Source: Octopus sinensis
Lineage: Eukaryota
Reading direction: 5' to 3'
DNA length: 64,000 nt
Assembly (NCBI RefSeq): GCF_006345805.1
Contig: NC_042999.1
Location: 33,356,001-33,420,000 of the forward strand
Numbering within the stretch: position 1 is the first letter of the stretch; the number at the start of each line of letters is the position of its first letter. The notes under the pieces are model-generated. The model was not told the origin of the DNA. It did no database searches and saw nothing but the letters and a program-made list of their open reading frames with translations. Of this stretch, positions 54,613 through 64,000 are shown piece after piece. Made by a program: the position numbers and the translations under genes.

Positions 54613-54991
54613 AAGCACTCCGTCGGTTACGACGACGAGGGTTCCGGTTGATCCGAATCAACGGAACAGCCTGCTCGTGAAATTAACGTGTAAGTGGCTG
54701 AGCACTCCACAGACACGTGTACCCTTAACGTAGTTCTCGGGGGACATTCAGCGTGGCACAGAGTGTGACAAGGCCGGCCCTTTGAAATACAGATACAACA
54801 GAAACAGGAAGTAAGAGTGAGAGAAAGTTGTGGTGAAAGAATGCAGCAGGGTTCACCACCATCTCCTGCCGGAGCCTCGTGGAGCTTTTAGGTGTTTTCG
54901 CTCAATAAACACTCACAACGCCCGGTCTGGGAATTGAAACCGCGATCCTATGACCGCGAGTCCGCTGCCCGAACCACTGGGCCATTGCGTC
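54613..54991 (-). mobile_element. SINE family C with 10-bp TSD
   Basis: ctttaatatt at 54601-54610 and 54993-55002; matches 29192-29548. Confidence 0.9.
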
Positions 54992-56020
54992 ACTTTAATA
55001 TTATCTTTAGTATCTAATAACCTAAGTTGTCGGCTTCAAATTTGAATTTTATATTCTACTGGTATTTCTCTCAGGCGAATGTTTAATATACAGCAACCCC
55101 TATTATCGCTATTATCTCAGCAAGAATTTATTAATGCCTTCATATTCAAAATAAAGCATAACAATTACAGTAATGCATTCAGGAAATAATAATCTGCTAT
55201 TGAATAACAAAATTGTGTACTCCGTGTACATGTAACTTCTGTTAATAAACACAAAAAATTCTAACAAAATATTAAATACGCTCTTACAAAATCATCGCAG
55301 ATAGTTCTTTTTTTTTTAGCTTATTCAAGATTACTGCCTTACATGTTTAATTATTAAAGTGATATCTTTTGCAATTACCTCTTAGATTATGTTCTTTGTT
55401 AGTATTTGCCAAATTATCAGTTTCAAGGAAAAGTGAACGTGGCACTCATGCTCTTTCTTGAGACGAATGCCTTAATGACAAAAACATTAGCGTCGACTAC
55501 AGAATATTATTACCTTAGGTTCTAGGCAGAAATTGTAGCTCAGTGTAACTCTAACGACCAGAATGCTGCTTCAAATTGATCACATGGTCATCATTTATAA
55601 AAAATATGAATAATGCACAAATCAAATAATTACAGTAAATTATGACATTAATTATGCATCCAACTCAGCTTTCGATTTCTCAAGAAATATTACTTTACCT
55701 TGCATTTATAATATTTCTAATGTAATAATTAATAAACTTACGCAAACATTAATGTTTTGCATTTGATTGATGTTTGCCAAATTTAGCTATTGTGATGAAA
55801 AATAGTAAAACAGGTTTTATGTTTCGTGTTAATCTGCTTTCCTGTAATATGATGACGTGTATTGTAATGCTTCAGACAAATATGGATAGGAAACAAATCT
55901 ATCACAAATGAAATGGTGAAAATTTGATCTAGAGAAATATTGAGAAAATGACATGGACTTCCACAAACGCACACAGACACACGCACATACATACATTAAT
56001 GCATACACGCACAAATATAT

Positions 56021-56114
<94 letters not shown>

Positions 56115-58742
56115 ACATTGAGGGATGGAGAGAGAGAATCCACGCACATACACACTCAGAGTATGCCAAGCTTTATATAGAAGCCTCTATTGAATCATCG
56201 CATAAAATTATACAAGAACTAATTCATTCGCCTACACGTTGATCCATTCGATGAGAATTACATTTTCCTCTGCTATTACTCATATATCTTCGAAGAGACA
56301 GATCCGTCATTCATAAGTTTTCATTTTAAGAACTTTGTTGAGTTTGACAACTTTGGAAGTGGTATCTCTCAAGCAACTCTAGATGAAATTTCCAAAACAT
56401 TTTAAAGTTTCCGTCGATTTTGTGAAACCAGTAAAATGCAGTGTGAATATTAATATCTATATGAGAAATGTACAATTATTTCTTTCTTAGGCAGTATCAT
56501 AGTATGTATATGTATGGAATGTAATTTAATTATCATACCTAGTAAATATCCGATGCTTATTATATTAAACCATGGAAACTACAAGGAAATGCCAAACATA
56601 ACTGGACAACCATTTGAAATTTTAATTCTGTATAAGTTTGGGCTGAGCCTTGCAGTTTAAAGAAATAAATGTTTCTATCCTTAGCAAAAGGACTTCAAGT
56701 ATATTGCAATAATATATCTTGTTCGCGGCCCGGTGTAAGTATCCAAAATTATTTATTATGATACGAAATACGAATTTAAATGGGTAAAGCTTAGTAGTAC
56801 GTAACATTCACTCGATAGGTTTACTATTTGTAACACCCACTGTCATCAAATAGTGATCTTGCTAATTTCTCATTCTTTTCTTATTATCTCAAGCCTTTTA
56901 ATTTGTGCTTATACTGCTGAGTCTATGCGTGACTTATCGTTGTCCCAGGACAACTGGAATGGGCTCATATTTTGCAGGTTTCAGTGAGTGAAAGAAGAGA
57001 GGAGGAACCCCAAAGAAAAACCTATAACAAATGTTCTTGATATGGAGGAATGCACAAAAGCCACCCTATGTTTAGAAAGTGAAAAAACGAAGCAAAATTT
57101 TCTGTTCACTCTCCTCAATAACAGCATGGATTCCATGAAAGGCATCCGGGATGTGGGAACTGTGAAAGACGCATTAAATGTAATAATAAAATGAAAGAGC
57201 GTAAGCTCTAACAAATCACACCCAGATTCAAGACGTCGTGTTAAAATAGACGACCGTCCAAGCCTAGGAGAGTGTGTTGCCTGTACATTGGATTTATATT
57301 CTCAATTATTTATTTACACATCTGCATCATTTGCAATGCATGATCATTGCTACGCAGTCAAAATACTTTAAATTTTAATCCAGGTTGATTCATTTACCAA
57401 CCTATGATAAGGCAGTATTCGTCTCTCGCTGTTACAATTTCGTTCATGTTAGAATAGAAGTTTGTTATACATCTATGTAATTTCTTTATGGGTATTGCAT
57501 TTAATGTTCCGATATAGTTTACTGTAGTAATTTTTCAATACTTTACTGCTATATTTGATGGAACATATATTCATTTTCAATGCAATTCCTAAAAGTGATG
57601 TAAACATTCAGGTCTCACGCGTAGAATTTTAAACTAGTACTCTCAAATATACAGCATACCATCAATCCAATAAAGAATTTTTTATAACTGTCTTATAACA
57701 AGTAAACTATACAACCCCTGTAAAAGATTAACGCCTTGTGTACGAAGTATTTGTTTAATACAATCTAAATCTGCATTCTTTTGCTTTGACGTTAACTCCC
57801 TTTTACTGAAATAGCATACTATTAAGTTATTATCTGGTAAATTCGGATATGCATTTATGCCTAGAGCTACAAAACTGTAATCAATATGTCTATTGAACTT
57901 AGAAAAAATTCATCTCGAGACAAAGTATTCTGTTTTCTTACATTTCCTACAGTTATGTTACTTCCACTGAATATCACATTCATTGGAATCAAGTAATAAA
58001 ATTACAATAAGGTTTTTTTTTCTTAAAGTCAGCAGTATTCGCCAGGTTTCTTAAACTAAAGAAAAATAGCAGAGAGTCGTCATTTAGACTAACAAAGCAT
58101 TAACAAAGATCAAACGTATATAGGTTAGCGATATATAATTATATAAAAAGAGTACACATAACTCGTTCCGGCGTTCAGAACAATTACTCCACAGAAGTAA
58201 TTTTAGTGTCTACTTATGAAGGAATATTCACAGACTCATGCATATACGTTATGCTCGTTAATTTTTTTGTAGTCGTCTTATTGAAATTGTTGAATCACTG
58301 GGAGTAAATATGTAAAGAGAGCGCAATATTTGGCTATATTTTTGTTTTCACTCATGAAAATCTCCTACATAGCTGCGGGTGCACTAGGAAATTTCCAGAA
58401 AAAAACAACAAAAGGGGAGATAAACGAAAAATCTAAAACAAAGCAATGCACGACGGATGAACACAAGAGCCTATTTAAAAGCACTTGTATAAATATTTGT
58501 TTTATTGTCATGGCAAATATAGTGAACAGACACTATAATATTATGTTTATATTGATAATACAAATAGCAAATTGGCATAAGCTTTTGTAAATAGATTTAC
58601 ATATACACAAAAAGATACAGACACATATGCACAAACATCAATCAATCTATCCATCAAACAATATCTCATTTCCCATTACACATACAAAGGCAGCTTTGTA
58701 GATGTGCACGCATGATTGTATGTATGAATGTATGCGTATATA

Positions 58743-58783
<41 letters not shown>

Positions 58784-58838
58784 AACACAAATATGTACAT
58801 ACATGTACGCACGTACATATACAAGCATATATATATAT

Positions 58839-58884
<46 letters not shown>

Positions 58885-58959
58885 CATATATATATATGTA
58901 CGGCGGTTGTCTTCACTATATGCACAGTCTGAATACCTCTTGTACCTACACATTTGATA

Positions 58960-59770
58960 CATCATGGCATCTGATGTGCTGTCTTTTTAAACCAGACAAT
59001 GTATTGCAAAGTCACCAACATAGACCGCATATCCAATTTAGACTATCAAGAGTTGCAGCTAAGATCTGATCTGTGTACATCTTAAAATGTATTTTGAGGC
59101 CTCCGTTACAATTGCAGACCTTATGGTATACGCGGCGTTGAAATGTGTGCACAGATATATAGGTAGAGTATTTGAAGGAGTTTTGTTTTTCATGTTTTCT
59201 GAAATGGGATTTGACTCTATGGAAAGAAAGACACGATCTGTAACAAACTGTGCACACAAAAGCATCACTGAGATTCAACTTTTCGATCGCAACATTCTTG
59301 TATAAATCTCTCTTGAGACTTGAATATGTTAATCTAGCCTCCTCACATGCTTTCACTCCACACCATACGATCGTTCGACTTCCAGCTCGATCCAAAGTAA
59401 GGGATTCTATGGCCTTTCGATTTATTCCAAGTGACATTAAAATTTCGTTTTAGTTTTACACCGGCCGCGTCTCCTGTCTGCAAGCTCACCGTAAAACAGC
59501 TGTTTGGGTGTGCATTCATCCACCATTCGAACAATATGGTCAGACTATCTCATTTGATTTTTCAGAATCACTGATTTAATTGAAGTGATGCTTGCAGAGG
59601 CAAAGATACCAGATTCTGGAGTAAAAAAGCCCCATTTGATGTTTAAAATGAGGCAAGGGCATTTTTGGTGGAATCGTTCTAACAATTTAAAATATCTTTC
59701 ACAACACCTCCATGTTTCAGAAGAATAAAGCAGGGATAGTAAGACAAATGATTTGTAAAGGGCCAATTTT
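58960..59770 (-). mobile_element. RTE-clade LINE 3' fragment with C2H2 finger
   Basis: LYKSFVLLSLLYSSETW..LERFHQKC..ILNIKW and CTVCYRSC..KSHFRKH. Confidence 0.8.
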
Positions 59771-60544
59771 TGTAGTTATTTGTATATATAACACTGCATG
59801 TGTAAGGCATGTGTAAAATTTGAATGAAATCTGTTGTGTAGTTTTCGAGTTTTAGTGGTGCATACATAGAGACACACAGACAAACACACACACGCACATT
59901 CTCAATTTTATATAGATAGACGTAGTCTTAGTTTTATTTATCTTGAAAAGGAAAAATGGAAAAATATTTTTTCCTGCCGTTAAAACATAAAACTTCCTGT
60001 GTATGAAAATATATCCCACACACCGAATTTGCATCCGCTGGACTTCTAGAAAGATTGAATTTTCCCCATATACGCTCCGCTCCACATAAGTGTACAATCC
60101 GAGTACATCGGTATTTGTGGTGAGAATCTTCAAAGAATTCACATATTTCAGATAATTCACTCGAATCGTTTTTAATTCGTCATACTTTTCGTAAAATACG
60201 TACTTTTAAATGAAATTTTCAAGAAATATCTTTCAGGCTGTGTAAGCTGCTATTATATGGGAATTTGATAAGAAAAGAAAAAAAGGTTGAGCAGGCTCAC
60301 ATACGTACTGCAACGCAATCACATTCTTTTCCACAATTTAAATTTTCATTTTGGAGATATCATTTTGTGTTTGTGACTATTTACGTGTGCGAGTTTACGA
60401 ATTTATTTTTTTTCATATAAAACCATTATAATCGTAATGTACTCTAACTGAAATTTTCGTTCAAAAATTAAACAACTTTCTTGAAATCACGAGGAAGCGA
60501 AGCCAACTGGGGTACGCATGTATAGGTTTGCAATCTATGAAAAA

Positions 60545-60755
60545 TTGATTTCAAATTTTGGCACGAGGCTACGAATTTTGAAGGAAGGTGTAATTCGTTT
60601 ACATTGACTCCCAGTGTACATCTGATACTTATTTTATAGAGCGTGAAAGATTGATAGGCAAAGTCGACCTCGATGGTATTTGAACTCAGAACGTATAGAT
60701 AGACGAAATTCGCTAACCATATGCCCGCAGTTCTAATGTTTCAACGAGCACGTTG
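60545..60755 (-). mobile_element. Degenerate SINE family A
   Basis: ggcaaagtcgacctcga..tttgaactcagaacgta. Confidence 0.7.
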
Positions 60756-61166
60756 CGTTCAGTCAATGGAATGTTAATTACTCGTAGAACTCCTGCAAAA
60801 CATGCAGCGGTTGAAAATGTAAAATTTAAAGCAGACACATATAAGAGAAAATAATGCAAGCAGTTGTTAATATAACGCGCACTTAATGCTAAAAAAAAAA
60901 CAGTGAAGAAAAAAAATGAAGAATATTAACTGTTACACGAAGAAAATAATGGAACATAAGCTTTGATAGAAGTTATAGCGACATTCGAACATAGAATGTT
61001 TGCCAAGTAGAAATTCAAATTGACAGATTACTTATACTCGTGCATGCGCGTGAACTATAGTCGATCACGAAAACTGCATTTAAGTAATTGCCAATATAAA
61101 ACGGGTTGCTGAATCATTCGTTACTTCAAGTCAATTTTAAGAATTACATCGAAGATACATAAATAA

Positions 61167-61563
61167 CTAGCAGTATCGCCCGGCGTTGCTCGGATTTGTA
61201 AGGGAAATAACTATATAAGCATTTTTAGAGATGTAAAGTATAATAGCCATCTCAAAATGGCTAACCACAAAGGGGGCGCGGTGTTACTGTAGCTTTTTAC
61301 GTTCTGAGATTTAATAATAAATTTTTAGAGAGTTACTTCCCTTATATATGCCGAAATGCATTAAAAATGGGAAAAATTGATGGTAATTTTTTTTAAATGG
61401 TAGACTCATCGTAGACGCACGCTAATACCCAGAAGGGCTCGATATGAATCACGACTATAAGATACCCGGTTTTTGGTTAAACAGCACCGCAAAATGTGGG
61501 AGTAGTTAGGAATCTAAATCGTAGGAGACAGACAGCACACCACCTCAATATTATATATAAAGA
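61167..61563 (-). mobile_element. Non-autonomous Helitron
   Basis: A|TC start, 3' hairpin plus CTAG|T end, no TSD. Confidence 0.8.
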
Positions 61564-61650
61564 TTATGAATTTATATATCGAAACATGTTATATGTGCAT
61601 GCATATCTATATTTGTATCTATATCTATCTATCTATTCATCTATATATAT

Positions 61651-61744
<94 letters not shown>

Positions 61745-61759
61745 ATATATATATTATAT

Positions 61760-62603
61760 GTAGAAAAATACAAACTGGGACAAGAACGTAAAACATTTAG
61801 AAGACGATACAAAATACATGTTCGAAGCCTTCAATCTTCAGTCAAGAACCGGATCATCCTAGCAATTTCGGCTGATTAATCTTGAGATCGCTCCGATCCG
61901 GCCAGCCCTAAGGAAAAACTAAGCTATGATTATTAGATTTCTTGGAAGTAGATCGAATGTATACGAAACAGGGACAGAAAAACGGACGATGCCACACGAA
62001 TATAAAATGCAAAAAACAATAATGGTAAAAACAGGACAAAAACAGCGGGTGTCTTACGACTAATAAACAGTACAATAAGTTTAGCTGACGTATTTTGAAA
62101 AAATGCCTTTATCGGCAGACGAAGACAACAGATGTTCTCACGGCAGTGGTCGTATGCCAAAAAGCTGATTATGACCAGCGGCCACGTGACAGAAGAGAGA
62201 GAAAAGAAAGGGGGCAAAGGAAACAAAGAGAGAGAAAAAGAGGGACGAAGGCAACAAGGGGGAGAAGAGAGAGAAAGAAGGAATTAAAGAGGGGAGAAGA
62301 AAGAGTGCGTGCGAAGGAGGGCTAGTGTGTGCTAGGTGAGAAAGACAGAGAATTGTGAGAGAGTGGGGGGAAGAGGAGACCAAAGAATCGGAGGCAAGAA
62401 AAGTGAAAAGGGGGAGAAGTAGAGAGAGAGAGAAGGGGACAGATAAAAGTAGAGTGCAAAGTGTGAAAGGCAGAGAAATGTAGGAGAGAGAGACAGTGTG
62501 TAGAGTCGTACCAAATTTACAGGAATATGTACATACGTAAGTGCCAACGAGGGTACGGACGCCGCTATATATATTATATGTAGAAAAATACAAACTGGGA
62601 CAA
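61760..62603 (-). mobile_element. 820-bp non-coding Penelope-like unit in (AT)n with terminal direct repeat
   Basis: gtagaaaaatacaaactgggacaa at 61760-61783 and 62580-62603; purine-rich body. Confidence 0.75.
61826..61901 (-). ncRNA. Candidate non-circularly permuted hammerhead ribozyme
   Basis: CCGGAUC GG AGCG AUC UCAAGA UUAA UCAGCC GAAA UUGCU AGGAU GAUCCGG U UCUUGA CUGAAGA UUGA AGGCU; see findings. Confidence 0.65.
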
Positions 62604-62811
62604 TATATATATATATATATTTATTGTATTGCAAGATTTTTTATGTGAAATCGTGTGTTGAAACAGATATTGTTGTATTTAGGAATGGTTGTATTTATTG
62701 GCTAAACGGGCAAAATCACCATTCTTACATACAACAATACAGACACACACACATATATATATGAATACACATATAAATATACTAGCACATACAGTCACAC
62801 ACGCACCCCTC

Positions 62812-62871
<60 letters not shown>

Positions 62872-64000
62872 GGTGGTTGAACATAGCTGTCTTATCTATT
62901 CTTTATATCCATCAATGTAATGTTTCATCAAATTTCGAAACAAAATTTTGATCTTACGGTTTTTTTCCTGTCTGGAATCAGATAAATCGGATGTGACTTA
63001 TCATTTGTGTAAGAAAAACACTTTGAAGCGAATACAATTAAGTTTAAAGAACATATTGTTGTATATGTGTGTGAATAATTTGTACTGCGAAAGTAAAATT
63101 TAAAAAAAATTATAGTATGCTATCTGAAATCAAATTATATAGTTTTCCCGATGGATTACTCTCACATTTTTGTAACAGCCGATCACGTATATACTCCGTT
63201 TTAGAATCTATAAAATAGTTCGCTGAGGTTAGAGCGCATTATTTTCGAACTGGCATTACTGTTTTGTCAGCGTTTCAAAGATAAACAGTCCCACAGTGAG
63301 ATTTCCGGATATTTATTATTGAGTAAATGAAATACTTACTTGAATATTTATCGTGCAGCATTAAGTCTGAAGCACAGCATGGTTTATAGACACAAACGGA
63401 AACTATAATATCTTACAGATTCTATGTTGTTCATTGTTTAAAAGACATATGGCTATAACTTGGCTGAACTAGTACGAAAGCCAATGATTTATAATTTCAC
63501 TTCTTACTAAACTATGAGAATTTCATAACAATCTCACCTCTACTCGTAAGTTTCGGAGTCTTTGATTAAATTTATTTCAGTAGTTACATTGCGAAGTCTC
63601 TAAATAAAATTTGATATCTACATCAACTACAGTTGTTTCAAACTTATCTATGATTGGAATTAGAACGTTAATATCGATGAGACATTTTACCATATTTTGC
63701 GACCAATGTGTAAATTCTTCAAGTGCTCAAACTACAAGAAAATAACACCCTCTTACAGTTCCTACACAATGGTGACGAGGTTTGGAAAATATATCAGTTC
63801 CTTACACACAATATCTATCTTGAATAGATTAAGTTTTCCTAAGAGTGCAATAATAGCATCGTTGTAAAGTAAAATAATTTTAGTTTTAACTTGTAGCCCT
63901 TTGTTCAGAAAATTTAACTTTTTAAATATATCTAAATGTTAGAATACAAAACACGTGGTACCTAAGATTACATCTGGAAGATGGTTACTATTCAGAAGAT

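Noticed and set aside
56975-57214. Exon-like ORF after ttttgcag
   Set aside because: No recognisable domain, stops near the putative acceptor and no convincing donor.

Overview
AT-rich, microsatellite-saturated animal genomic DNA (intergenic or intronic). Repeat style suggests a coleoid cephalopod such as Octopus; this is recognition, not a database match. No intact host protein-coding gene is supported, and nearly all listed ORFs are microsatellite translations or decayed transposon fragments. Recognisable fossils: a piggyBac, a mariner, two Helitrons, an L1/Tx1-type LINE, five R4/Dong-type RLE LINE pieces next to (TAA)n tracts, CR1 and RTE fragments, three tRNA-derived SINE families and two Penelope-like GIY-YIG fragments. 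The unexplained layer is a set of 0.1-1.3 kb non-coding inserts at (AT)n tracts. By manual folding they carry seven minimal type-I hammerhead ribozyme motifs from six sequence families, three with a C at core position 4. Two further motifs (17.3 kb and 61.9 kb, minus strand) contain all hammerhead core parts and covarying helices in a strand order that is not a circular permutation. Also notable: a retrocopy of an intron-containing, CCA-ended tRNA-Arg(CCT) fused to a SINE, and a Tx1-type LINE that shares its 3' tail with the SINE it inserted into. All structures were folded by eye and none is experimentally shown.
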